From: Amphiscolops sp. MND2022
Lineage: Eukaryota
Assembly: GCA_964187785.1 (NCBI GenBank)
Contig: OZ076409.1
Location: 67,334,001 to 67,398,000, forward strand
Reading direction: 5' to 3'
Length of the DNA: 64,000 nt
In this document: positions 38,300-50,708 of the stretch, one piece after another
Numbering within the stretch: the first letter of the stretch is position 1
Layout: the number at the start of each line of letters is the position of its first letter
Program-made: the position numbers and the translations under genes
The notes under the pieces: model-generated
Seen by the model: only the letters and a program-made list of their open reading frames with translations
Databases searched by the model: none
What the model was told of the DNA's origin: nothing

Positions 38300-39429
38300 T
38301 CAAGTTTCCAGTTGGAGAAGCCTTTCATAGTTGAAAGTGAAGCTAATTTTGGCCGAGCGAGATTTTAAGTTTTTGATCGAAAACAGTTCCTCGACAATTT
38401 GAAGTACTTTGCGCTTTTTGTGTCTAAAACTGGGATTCGTCTAATGTTGTTTTCGACTTTTGAAACGACGATATAGACTCAGTTGAACTTAAGAACGGAT
38501 TAACCTGCCACGGTTCAGTTGAGTCCAAAAAGACTCGGAAGCCGAAATGGATCCTGGAAACACCATTACTCGATATTTATCAATAGTCAAAACACAAGTT
38601 CAAGCAGTTCATTGTCTAAATATAACAAAATTTTGTTTAAAATTACAGCGAGGCTGCAATGATACCCACTACTCGGGTGGAAATATCACTGGATAGAATC
38701 GAATAATGGACATAATCAGAACCGAATAAATATAGAATTTTAGAAAAACTAATCGAACTATTTGCTAATTTTACTTCGTTTCTGAGATTCAGAACAACGA
38801 GTAGCTTCAGGTTTCAAAGAGCTATGGTATTGTTTTCCGAGGCTTGAAGTTGTTGCGTAAGCCATACTACGACAATTGATAATGCCTGATGTGCACTTCT
38901 GTGCAATATTTTATCGAGGTTCCCGAAATTTAAACAGTTCCATCTGCTGTTTCAAAGCTTATCAGTTAAGTTGAGCAAAAATGTCCACAATCTGATTCGA
39001 CAAGTTACTCATAAGCTATTGGAGAATTTCCACCCTTTACAAGCTATCAGTTTCTTAACCGAAGTTTTAATGAGGAGTAATTGTGAGAAGTAATGGTCTC
39101 ATATCACTTTCTGACTCCTCATTTACGGCGTTTACGCTGGAAAGGTTTTGAATTTTTGCCCATGATCGTACGATTGTGATTTCTGCCACCTGATCCGATG
39201 CCACAGCTTCTATTTCATCAATTTTGAGAGTTTAGACTGTTTTGTAAACCTGAAACCAGAGTTCGCACTTCAGATCTATATTCGCTGAAAGAAACCACTC
39301 TACGCCTGCCCGTACGCAATCACTTTTTGTGGTGGACTCCCTATTTTCGCGTGCTTCTTAAAATGTGCAATTTTTCAAGTCAAAACGTTCACTAAAAGCA
39401 CGTTACGTAGATTTTGTTAAAAAATTTTG

Positions 39430-40700
39430 GTTTGAGTGTTTATCGCAACCATATCTCAAAATGGATCAACGCTCTAAAGTTTTGTGAAAAATGTGTATGC
39501 AAATTTTTCTATTGTTTTCTTTCAAAATTTCTTCAATTAGGTCAGCAGCACAGTTATCGTTGAATAAAATTACCTTTTCTTCTTATTATTCCATTTTTTG
39601 GCTCTTTTTTGTTTCAACTTCCACTCCCCACGATCAATGTTTTTTGAGGAAACTTGGTATTCATTTTTCCAATTGGCCGAAAGTACTTTTCTCATAACAG
39701 GAAAGTAATTTCTATTCTATTAGTTTTCCTTTGAACAAAACATTTTGCACACCTTCTGTTGAAAAATATCTTTTTGTGACTCAAAAATTGAAGCTGTTGA
39801 TTGCCTTATTAAAACTGCGTGACTTCATAAGGAGAGAGTGTGAACAAAGTTTATATCTGAATTCTAACTGAAGGTTTCTGATTTAGTTCCAAGCCTTTTT
39901 TCTGATGTTTCAACTAGCTTTTTTTAAAAAAATTGGCGGTGGGTGGGACAGAAAAGAACCATTTTTTGTCGGCGCATTTTCCTTTAAAGGAAAAATGCCC
40001 GACTCTTACAATGACTTTTTCCTTCAGACCACAGACATCACACTGATCGGTCCCTCTTGTTAAAAAAAACTACTAAAACCACTCAGGCCAAGTCTGGCTA
40101 AAGCAAACTTAGTGCAAAAGGTTCCCCTTTCATTTTGTAAACTGTTCTAACGTAACCTTCAAAACCGGACGAGACACTCTGCGAGACACTTTTTTTAGGC
40201 ACTGTGCGACTTTTTTCTCGAAAAATTTTTAATGTCTCAAAAGAGTCCCCCCTTCGAGTTTTTTGATATTTTGCAACAGAATGTATGTTAATAAATACCA
40301 AAGGGTCCCCCTTTTACATTTTCCGGCTGCGACATTTTCCGAAAAAAGTTTTTTAGATGTTTTTTTGTTCCCAGTTGGGGAAAAAGTGGATTCCACGTCT
40401 TATCGAGCATGAAAGGTACCCTTTGGGTGTCTCGAAACTGGTTTGTGACCTTTTCATAAATACGTCCCGGGCATGTTTTAAAAATTTTTTATAAGTCTTT
40501 ATGAGCCTTAGATATAGGGCTGACTTTAGACGTTCTTGTCTTGTTTTTTCGTACGACTGGGGTGAATTTTTCCAGGAACCATTTTTCAAAAATGGTTGCA
40601 TCCATCCATGCGTTTTTCTGATGGTCGTATTCGACTCTGAAAATTTCCTCCAAAGTTTGATTTTTCCACTGGCGCTGGGGCAAAGATTGATTCAGATATC
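39430..40700 (-). pseudogene. Decayed pogo/Tigger-type (DDE_1) transposase split by a HINE
   Basis: YDHQKNAWMDATIFEKWFLEKFTPVVRK (~40545-40635) and, beyond the HINE, KVILFNDNCAA (~39540-39580). Both are pogo DDE motifs. Confidence 0.72.
39967..40545 (+). mobile_element. HINE family A copy
   Basis: tgtcggcgc...atgcccgact ... gggctgactttagacgttcttgtcttgtt. Confidence 0.8.
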
Positions 40701-41792
40701 TAGAGCCTTTCTTTGGTTGTTAGCACTTTCCGCTTCGGCTGGTTAGGTATGCTGCTACTTCAATAATTTCTCTTGTGAATGAAGAAAACCAGTGGATCTA
40801 ATTATGCATAGCACGTGCCTGCATTTTGATTCTTCTGAATTAGACGAGTTGTGGACCACTGTATTACAGATCATCGATTTCTGATGTTCTGAAATGAAAG
40901 TCACACTGAGTATTAGTTTATTATTGGTACGATTTTACGAGAGTCGTACTGTAATTCATGATACATCAGACAGTTTGAATCTAAGAAGTTTGTTAATCTA
41001 AGATTAGGAATCTGAATTGAATTTTTTTTACTGCACTGTGTCTCTTAGTCTCTCCGAATTTCGTTGATTGAATTCTGCTCTTTGATTTTTAAAGCTCGTT
41101 TAAGATATTCTATTTTGAGAGCACATAAAATTGCATCCTATTGTCTTTCTGATTAGAAAAACACCCTTTAAAAGACGAAAAACACTAATCTTTGTGAAAG
41201 AAGTGTCTGAGATTAAAAAAAATAATCCTCTATAATTGAAAAGGCATCAAAAACATTACAGCAACAGTAAAAATCGCGTGAATGTTTTTGTTTCGTTTTG
41301 CACCATCTCTTTATAAATAGTTCTGTAGAAACTCTTTCTGCGAAAACTGTTCAAAATACCATTTGAAATTTGACTGAAAATCAACTTGAAAACAATTAAG
41401 TAGCCTAATATCTTTCCTTTTTTCATCACAATTTAGGGCGCATATTTAATCCGCAATCACATAGTAGTTGCTTGCGAAGCAATGCAATTTTTTTTAAAAA
41501 AACGACAGCTTTGTCAGAAGCCACAGAAAACAACTAGTTTGATGAAATTCACGGTGAGACAATGTGAAACAGTTTTCCTTCAGACAAAAAGCTGTGTTTA
41601 ACTTCCTTATATATGAAAAGATTTCACTCATGCAAGGAGATCTAGAAATGATATTCGAAGTAGCTTTATGTTTAAATTTTTGGAAGGTTTACAAAAAAGC
41701 TAACAAAGATGGATCGATCACCGTTTTGTAACAATCATAAGCGGATCCAAAAGGACACGTTTTCATATTTCATGGAAAACATATATATGTAC

Positions 41793-41887
41793 TTGAAGGA
41801 AAGGACGCTTAGTTCCCATAGAGAGGACATTAAAGTACAATTGTACATTAATGTCCTCTCTGTGGAACTAAGCGTCCTTTCCTTCAA
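41793..41887. repeat. 95-bp near-perfect palindrome (mini-MITE or hairpin)
   Basis: ttgaaggaaaggacgcttagttcc...gtacaattgtac...ggaactaagcgtcctttccttcaa. Confidence 0.9.
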
Positions 41888-42510
41888 AAACTTCCGCTTT
41901 CTAGACCCCATTGTATGCAAGTTCAAGAGCGGAAAGCTTGTCGCTGTTACAACGGAGCGTCTTTGTTAACTCGTGTCAACATTCCACCGGACGAACACTT
42001 CCTTGCTTTGCATTTTTGCAGAAAGTAGTGAATTCTGCAAGACTGGAAAAAACGTGCGATATTATTTCACTTCCGCTTTGATAGAAATTTCACATGCACG
42101 CGAAATGAAAGAAATGGGGTAAAACGATTGAAAAGTGGAGTCATTGTGAACAAACTGCTGATTAAAATTCACAAATTCAGTTCAGTCAAGTTGTGTCTGC
42201 TTGTGATTGGTTGAATTCCATGAATATAAAAATTTGAGATAGGTTTGGAAGTACTGATACCTTTCACATTTTCCATCTTAAAAGCGTTAGATGGCGCAGT
42301 ATTTTGATTTAAAAATTAGATGTTGAAACTATAATGTACCAGCGCAAACGCTGTTGTACCAAAAAGCTAAAGACAGCTAATATCGCACGGGAAACTTTAG
42401 AAGCCATTTTAGGTCATGCATTTGACAGAAAAGACCCGGTTGCAAAAATTTCTCAGGTTTTGATCAGAATTACAACAAAACTTTTTATTTTGAAATCGAA
42501 TGAAAGGCAA

Positions 42511-43078
42511 AACAAGCCGAGAACGGCATACGTCGGCGCCATATACAAGGCTCCAAAATAGCAAAAGGACTTCAAAGTGTCAAGTATTCTCTTTTACAGT
42601 ACCCGAAAAAATACGGCATAAGTACCCCGAAACAGTACGGCATAAGTTGGACCGAACTGGCGCGCCCTTTCGCATTTTTAACATCCATTTTGTTGCAAAA
42701 TATCAAAAAAATTGGAGGGTGACCCTTTGAAGACTATAAAAGTTTTTGGGATAAATGTCTCACAATGCCGAAAGAAACTGAAAGGAGAGACCCTTTTGAG
42801 ATTTTTCAACATCCATTCGCAAAATATCAAAAAATTGAAGGGGGACCCTTCGGTGCGAAAAAGTTTCCGAAAGAAGTCCAACTATTCCGAAAAAAACTGA
42901 AAGGGGACCCTTTAGTCTCGCCCGGTATTGTAAGCCGAAAAAAGGAACAACCGTTTTGGTTCAGTTCCCTGGGCCAAATGCTTCAATACGATATCATAAA
43001 GTTTTGTATAACTATTTTGGCCAGTTCGTGTGGATTGAAAAAAAGACTCACTATAATAGTCGCGTTTCACTTCATGAA
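42511..43078 (-). mobile_element. HINE family A copy, terminal subTIR lost
   Basis: aacaagccgagaacggcatacgtcggcgcc ... agtcgcgtttcacttcatgaa. Confidence 0.85.
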
Positions 43079-43594
43079 CAGTGAAGTTTTTTCCCAATCA
43101 ACCTTGCTTTCAACTCTTGCCTCGAGTTCTAATGACGGTACTGTATATGGTTTCATGCATGAAGTCGTATCATACAGTGAAAGCGTGTCGTTCACATGGT
43201 TTCATGCATGGAGTTGCATTGAAACATCATGAATCCAGACCTGGATAATTATGCAGACTAGTCCAGGATTTGGAAAAACGCTACTATGCCCTTTGACATG
43301 GAGCATTTCTATACTTCTCGAGGTCAGTTTTTCGTTGTAAAACTCTAAATTTATAACTAATGTTTTCAATCATTGGCTGGAATACTCAAGCTTAGGAATC
43401 ATTCCATGATGATGGAGACACATCCATGATTCATGGATTATCATTACGGAAAAGCCATGATTAGGGGTGAGCGGTTCGACAAAAAATGAAATCAGTTCAG
43501 TTACCGTTCGGTTCGTGCAAAATTTATCGGTTTCGTTTTCGGTTCGGTTCTGAAAAAAAAGGTAAATCTTTAAGTCAAAAAACTTTTTTCTTGA

Positions 43595-43740
43595 CAAAGA
43601 TGAATTTTCATGCAACAGTAGAATGTCTCTAACAGCATCTTCAGATAAACTTTGCCTTCGTGGTGTCATCTTGTTTCCACCTGCACTCCAAACTCGCTCA
43701 CTTGGAGTTGCCGGTGCAGGTACTGCGAACAGCAATAAGA
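43595..43740 (-). pseudogene. hAT transposase C-terminal dimerisation-domain remnant
   Basis: LFAVPAPATPSERVWSAGGNKMTPRRQSLSEDAVRDILLLHEN matches the P..S..ER.FS......R..L consensus. Confidence 0.88.
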
Positions 43741-43810
43741 TTTCACATCTGCCTATTATCTTGGCGACAATTTCTCTCTCCGGCCGAACCGAATTCATCG
43801 GTTTGGTTAT

Positions 43811-46800
43811 TATTTTCCGTCCATATTTCATATGGAAAAGGAAAATATTTAAATCAAACGGTTTTTTTTACAAGATTTGCCAAGAATTTATTTTTATCAA
43901 AATATCAAAGCTGAAGGGTTTCACCCATAGAATTCAGCTGATGTAAAATTAGCGTCATGCGGTATGTATTTGTGGAGATTTTTGGACTTTTTTGGTTGAC
44001 CTCGAAGACCCCAGAATGACCCAAAAATGACCCGAAAATAGTAAAAACTGCAAAATTTTCCAATTTTTACCGTTATTATGCAATTTTTGTCGAATTTTTG
44101 ATAGATTTCGTGGCTTTGAATAATGAAAGAGAAAATTTTCGTTATCCAAGAGGCTTTTTCAAAGAAATAAATGCAACTTTAAAAAGAAAAAATGCCTCAA
44201 ATTGCAATCGAAACTGAAAAAACTTCCAAAAAGTTCAGATTATTACCGTTTTTATGCAATTTTTGTCAAATTTTTGATACACTTGCTAGCTTAGAAAGTT
44301 AAAAACATTCAACAAGGAAAGAGTTTGTTGTCCAAGAGGCGTTATCGAAGTTATAAATGCAATTTGATTTGTAAAAATGCCTCAAATTCAGACCGAAAAT
44401 GACAAAAATCCCAGAAACTTCAGATTTTTGAAAAATTCATGCAATTTTCGTCTATCTTTCGAATGAGCTGGTGGCTTAGAATGTCAAAGACGTTCATAAA
44501 AGAAAACATTGTGAGTCTTGTTTGAAGAGGTAAAAGCAATTTGTGCTGGAAAAATGCATCAAACTCACACCAAAATTGACAAAAAAAAACTAAAATGTTC
44601 AGATGTTTGAAAATTTTATTCAATTTTTGTTCATTTTCTAAAGACTTAGTGGCTTAGAATCACACAGACGTTCAACAAGGAAACAATTCGTTGTCCGGGG
44701 CTTTTTTGAAGAGGTAAAAGCAATTTTTGCTGGAAAAATGCATCAAATTCACACCAAAATTGACAAAATAGGTAAAAAGTTCAGATTTTTGAAAGTTTTA
44801 TTCAATTTTTGTGTATTTTTTAAAGACTTAGTGGCTTAGAATCCCACAGACGTTCAACAAGGAAACAATTCGTTGTCCGGGGGGTTTTTTCAAGAGGTAA
44901 AGGCAATTTGTGCTGGAAAAATGCATCCAATTCACACCAAAATTGACAAAAAAAAGTGAAAAGTTCAGATTTTCGAAAATTTTATTCAATTTTTGTGTAT
45001 TTTTTCAAAGACTTAGTGGCTTAGAATCCCACAGACGTTCAACAAGGAAACAATTCGTTGTCCGGGGGCTTTTTTGAAGAGGTAAAAGCAATTTGTTTTG
45101 GAAAAATTCATCAAATTGAGACCTAAAATTACCAAAAAATTCAGGTTTTTGAAAATTTTCTGCAGTTTTTGTGTACTTTTCGAAAAACTAGGTGGCTTAG
45201 AGAATTAAAGACGTTGAACAAAGAACAAATTCGTTGTCAAGTTTTTGTTTAGAAGTAGACAAAGTTTTCTACTGAAAAAAAGAACGCACAATTTGCTACC
45301 AAAATTGACGAAAACTTCAAAATGTACCAATTTTTCATCTTTTTATGCAACTTTTGTCATATTTCTAGAGATTTTGTGGATCAAAACGTTGAATACGATC
45401 AACAGCGAATGATTTCGTTGTCCAATAGGTTTGTTTGCTGAGATAAATGCAGTTTTGTAAAAAAAATTGCAACAAGGACCACGAAATAGTCAACAAATCT
45501 TACTTTTTTTTACATTTTTGTAATTTCCAACGCAACTTTCGCGAAAACTTCAACCTTTTCACAAATGAAAACTCTGAAACGGTTCAACAAGAACTGAAAG
45601 TGTTCTCTTGTAGGCTTTTTGATGGGATATGTGCCAGTTTCTGATAAAAAATTAAACTTTGATTCGACACAAAAAGTGTCGAAAAGTCCTAAAAATTCCA
45701 GTTTTTGTAGGTTCTTCATGTTATTGGAGTATCATTTTTGAGAATATTGGTAGATTAGATGGTTCAAAACATTTTGAGGTGATAGAATGATGTATGTAGT
45801 TTCCTTTCTGATGAGAAAATTATAGTGTTTTACATCAGAAATTTTTCAAGTTTGTCGTTTTTCCTGCAGTTTGTGTTCAATTTTTGAAAGTTTCTGTGAC
45901 CAAGAATGTTCAAAGCATTCAAAACACTCAAAAACTATGAAACTAGCTATGCTGTATGCTATTTTGAAGAGAGTTGCAGTATTTTGCTTCAAATTTACTT
46001 TTCTTGCTTCTTTTTTTGCTTCAAGAGTGGCCCTGATTAGTCCGATATAAAAAGTCTAAATTCAACGTTTCTTATGCAAAGTTCCGAATTTTTTGAGAAG
46101 TTTCCATCGTCTGAAGAAGAAAAACTCTCCAAAGCAAACGATGCGTTGTTCAGTAGGTCTTTTGCAGGTGAATTGCAGTTTCGCGTTAGAAAAGAGCCTC
46201 AAAATGACCCCAAAATAGTCGAAAAAAAATTTGGCAGTTGTTTGACAAATTAGTGAATTTCTATTGAAAGTTACCAAAAGTTCGTAATATTCTAGAAGTC
46301 TAAATTTTTTGAGTAGGCATGCAGAATGTAAAGAAAAGAAATCTACAATTGTGTATGCAAAAAGTTCGTCAGAATGATTTGAACTTTAGCGAAAATTCGT
46401 TTTTTGTTTTTGAAATGTTGATATACTTTTATGTAAACGTTTCGAGCAATTTTGTAATTCAAGAATGAATGGACCCGTTATCCGAAAAGCGTCTTCGAAA
46501 AGACATCTACAGTTTCTTATAAAAGTTCCTCATATGACCGCAAAGTTGTCGAAAAGCAAAAATCTACAATTTTTGACATTTTTGGCAACTTCACGCAAAT
46601 TTAAAGAAAATTTATTTGATTGGTTAGGTTTCACACAATCTGACGAAAAAACAAATAGGTGTTTGGTGTCTTCTTAAAGTGTTTCCTCCTGAAATGGCAT
46701 AACATTATTCAAAAAGTGTCAAACCTTTTTCCATCAAACCTCTACGCGTTTTCATAGTGTAATGGCTACTCTTGAGTCTCAAAAATATGTCATTGCTTGA

Positions 46801-46845
46801 ACAGTTTGGACGGAAAATATCCTGCTGGTCAGCGGGCGTCTTGTT
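43811..46845 (+). mobile_element. Long HINE family B, copy 3
   Basis: tattttccgtccatatttcatatggaaaa ... tggacggaaaatatcctgctggtcagcgggcgtcttgtt. Confidence 0.85.
44450..45240. repeat. ~183-bp tandem array within HINE-B copy 3
   Basis: aagacttagtggcttagaatc recurs at ~44641, ~44823 and ~45008, with more diverged units on each side. Confidence 0.88.
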
Positions 46846-49800
46846 TTATTGACGGTTTGGTTTCGGATATTTTTGCAAACCGCAGTTACGGTTCTTAATC
46901 GGTTAACCGCTCAGCTCTAGCCATGATGCACATACAGCGATAATAATCCGAATGATTAACAGCTTCGGTTTTCACGAACTATATTGCATCTTGCACAAAC
47001 GAATGCAAAGCAATTTTTTCGAGTTCATTCAATATATTTGCATATATACAAGAACTAGTTTTCACATCAGAAATTTTTCAATTCGAATTTCTTCCGTACT
47101 TTTGTTGTCAACAAATTGAGGCCGGAAGGTGTCTGATTTTTTCTCAAAAGGAGTCTCAGCAAACAATATGAAAATATTACAGTTCCGCTGCGCCCCTTTA
47201 TTTGATATTAGTGACACTCTCATACACCACAAGTCAGGAAATTTGAAATGACATTGGTGAGCTAGAATTGAAAAAAAGTCCATGTGGTATTCTGTTCCAA
47301 ACTTCGTTTGAATTGACAACTACCTTTATAATTTGTCCCACAAGGTTCCCATTTTTTTTCCAACATTTTAGTTTTCATTATTATTCCATTCTTTACAGTA
47401 AAAACTTCCATCAAAATATTTTTTTTCATTGGACCACGTTCCGTTGGTTTTGCTAAAAACTTCTATGATTGGCAAAAAATACTTCTCTGCCGTCCAAATT
47501 GATCAATCTTCATGAAGGATGTGGATTATCAATCACAGATATTTCATTGAATATCGCAATGGACGATCATTCATGATTCTAATAAAATGAGAAATCATCA
47601 ATGGATGTCGGTGACTTTGTAATTAATGCGATTAAAAAGTCGTGATCATGGATTATAACCGAGATTGAGCCATAGTCGAAATTTTTTTTCCGATGACGAC
47701 AGGAAAACCTGATTTGAATACGGAAAATGGCCCTTAATCTGTTGCACAGTTTTTGATTTTCCTTCTGCTTTTTGAATGCTCCGTGAAACCATGTCAACAA
47801 TTTGTTTCATTTCGGTTGACAAAAGTGGGAGTTTATCACATGCTTCTCAATTACTATATAATTTGTTCTTCTGGAAGAAATTTCTTTACCTCGATTACTT
47901 TACCCAAAGCTGCACTTGTTTTCGCTTCTCTGTCATCCGCAGATAATTTGTTAATGTCAAAATGAAGTGTCTGCTCTAACAACAATAGAGTTTTTCCCAC
48001 AAAATGTGCAAAATGTCACCTAACTTTAGTTCAGTTCACCTGCTCGTAAAATCCACAAATTTTGAACGTAAATGTTGATTAAATACCTCAAACATCAGCA
48101 ATGCAGCATGAATATTTCATGAGTGAAAAATTATCTGAGAGAATCACCAAATTTTTGATCATTGGCAACCTGCAAAAAACGGAAAAAATTGGAGCAGGTT
48201 TAAGTACCATCGTTGTGGTTCACCGGTACAGCAAGACACCAGTTGTACAGAAGTGACGACCGCTAAGATCCATCCGATGTTGCCAAATCGGATATGAATT
48301 GAATAAGAGTCGGCGAGAAGAATGAATTGTAATTTCGTTGTTTCTGAGAAATCATTTTGAGAGAAAAAGCTTGCAGATGCACTGTAATGTCACTCCACTT
48401 TCCATACCTTTGTGACAACTTAAAGGCTGCAAGTTCAACAAACTTATCTAATAAGCTCTAACTTATTAGTTAAAATCTACGATACTTTATTTCAACTCAA
48501 TAAAAAACAGTCTCTACTTATTTTCGAAAGCTATAGCATAGAAATTCTTGCATTTGACTAATGCATAGAAGTTGTCATTACACTTGATATCATCGATCAT
48601 TTCACACCTCAGCTGTTGCTGACAGAGTAAAACCATGGAAAAACATTGGCATTGATAAACGAGGTAGTCGCTCTCAAATGATCATAAATTGCAAGACTTC
48701 AACTGCAACTGATAGCCGTAGCTGGGGTTGAATGACTATGGAAGGAAAGATACCAACAGTAGTAGTCTAGAGTGCTCTACCCCAATTCCTAAGAGAAGAA
48801 TTGAGATATAATTGAACCTGGTTATAATCACAATGATTAACCCTGAACCTGCCTATAACTCCGTATAGTTATAATCAGGTTCAAGGTTCATTATTCCCGT
48901 TGGACTTGAAACCAAACAAAGACTCTGTTGAGCAATGAACCTGAGCTGATTTGCTTTTCTTTGAAGGTCCCATAGAAGATTGGATTAACTGTATCTGCAG
49001 CCACTTGTAGCCAAGTCGCGTTTTTCAATGCTCCTGCTAATGAGCAATCACGTTATGGTACCTAGCATAATCAAAGACTCGAAGGCTAGCCACGCGAATC
49101 ACTGCAATTCCCTCTAGACTAACTCTGCATCTTACATTCTTCTTTTTCTCCTTTGCTTCTTTAACTACAACCCTTAATGTTTACATGAATTGCAGACAAA
49201 ATTTTCGAAATTGTGCAAGGAGTTTGTAACTTCGATAATGTTCAAAAAAACATGGCAAAGTTTTGAAGTCTTAACGCATGACAAGGCAAAATCCATAATT
49301 TGAATTTTAAAAAGTTATAACTAGGCCTCAAGTTTTAATATTGGAATGTAGTATCTTGAAGGAAGTCTCAATTCAACAATCATTCACACACCAAAAGTTC
49401 CCTAGGACTCTATAAGAAAAAGCAATCGATAGGTTTAAAGTTCGCCAGACAGAAGCCGTGGGCTCAAAACTTGTCTGGGTACTGAAAGTTTTTCTCAGTA
49501 GAGGTAGTTTGAAAATTGAAATTCAGAGAATATGCAAAAATGAAAGTCATGACATTTCCCACCAGTGTTGGTTCTTCGATGACTGACAATGCTTTTTTAT
49601 TTTTTTTTCGAGTCTCACGAAAGAAGCGCAATTAAAAAGGAACTTTTGTTGATTGAAACAAAAACTGTATAATTTATAAGCATCATGACCTTTTGTTGTT
49701 TTCAATTAAAACCGTGACAGCCAAGGTCATGAGAAATGTTTTCCAAAAACTTGCACGAAAGTCAATAATTTAATCTTTTAAAAGGAAACAGTATAACATT

Positions 49801-50355
49801 TGCGTCATTTATCAAAGCTGTAAATTTTTCAACGTTCAGTTTTCACAAGCCAATTTTTTCACACGAAAAAATTAACTAGGCGAGCAACTATTGTGAATTT
49901 GAATGTTTTAATTGTACCGAATCCCAAGGCACGTCTTTCATTGAGCTTGTAATGAGCAAGGCAATTGCTGCGATGATTTGAAAGAAGGCATTGACTTCAG
50001 CAACAAAAGTTTTGACTAAACACTTCGTTATCTTTTCAAAACTTGAATTTGAGCTGCGAAGGAGGGAAATTATCTTTTGTACTATTTTATCGTGTTGCTA
50101 AAAAGGGGGAACTAGCTTCACTCAATCAAGTGAACAAAGTAATTATATTTCTTTATTACCAGCAGATAACTACTAAAAACAATCTACGACAAAATTATAA
50201 AGTTACCGTTCAATTTGACCAGGTTAGAGATCAATTATAATTTTTCAAACCATTTTAAAATAAATTTTATACAAGAGATTTTATATTATGAGCAACGTGT
50301 ATCGTTTTGTTTTTGGGTTGGAGGTTTTTGAAAATGTTTCTTTGCCTCGTTTCAG

Positions 50356-50482
50356 TGGACGACTTTCTGCGATCTACAGGGATGATGGACCTGAGCCACC
50401 TGTCGCACCAGGAGAAGCTACAGATCATCCGCGTCCTCAAAAGGGACGAGAAGGTGCTAAAAACTGAATCAACCCGCGTCTT
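50356..50482 (+). CDS. Coding exon: Rab-binding (Slp-homology, SHD1) helix of a synaptotagmin-like/Rab27-effector family protein
   Basis: Acceptor tttgcctcgtttcag|, donor TT|gtaagt, GC-rich codons. Translation DDFLRSTGMMDLSHLSHQEKLQIIRVLKRDEKVLKTESTRV fits the DLS.L...E...I..VL.RD.......E..R. motif of the SYTL/melanophilin/MyRIP family. Confidence 0.85.
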
Positions 50483-50584
50483 GTAAGTTTATTCATGATA
50501 CATTCATGTTTCTTTGAAATTTCAATTGTGAATCAGGTGTGATTGACGATTCAAACAGATGATAACAAACTTTAAGCGTCTTTT

Positions 50585-50708
50585 CCCTGTTTGAAAATAA
50601 ATACAATTCTTTCCAGATGTTGACAAAAAATACAAATCTTGCAAGATTCTGACAGAAAATACATTTTCTGCAAGAATCTTGCAAGATTTGTATTTTTTTC
50701 AACTAGGG
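50585..50708. mobile_element. Small palindromic MITE with CCCT...AGGG ends
   Basis: ccctgtttgaaaataaatacaa and ttgtatttttttcaactaggg, with internal tcttgcaaga palindromes. Confidence 0.6.

Larger units (their letters stand above)
43462..46919 (-). mobile_element. Internally deleted hAT transposon carrying a nested HINE-B
   Basis: TIRs taggggtgagcggtt and aaccgctcagctcta. 8-bp TSD gccatgat at 43454-43461 and 46920-46927. Subterminal cggtt repeats. hAT dimerisation-domain remnant. Confidence 0.92.

Noticed and set aside
42765..43232. 155-aa ORF and similar K/F-rich ORFs at 28558-29210, 37653-38328, 13010-13370 and 26198-26602
   Set aside because: They lie inside non-coding HINE repeats, and frames are not conserved between copies.
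47579..47960. Possible minus-strand RT relic (SADD, GSIS-like motifs)
   Set aside because: The motifs are weak and in the wrong order for an RT.
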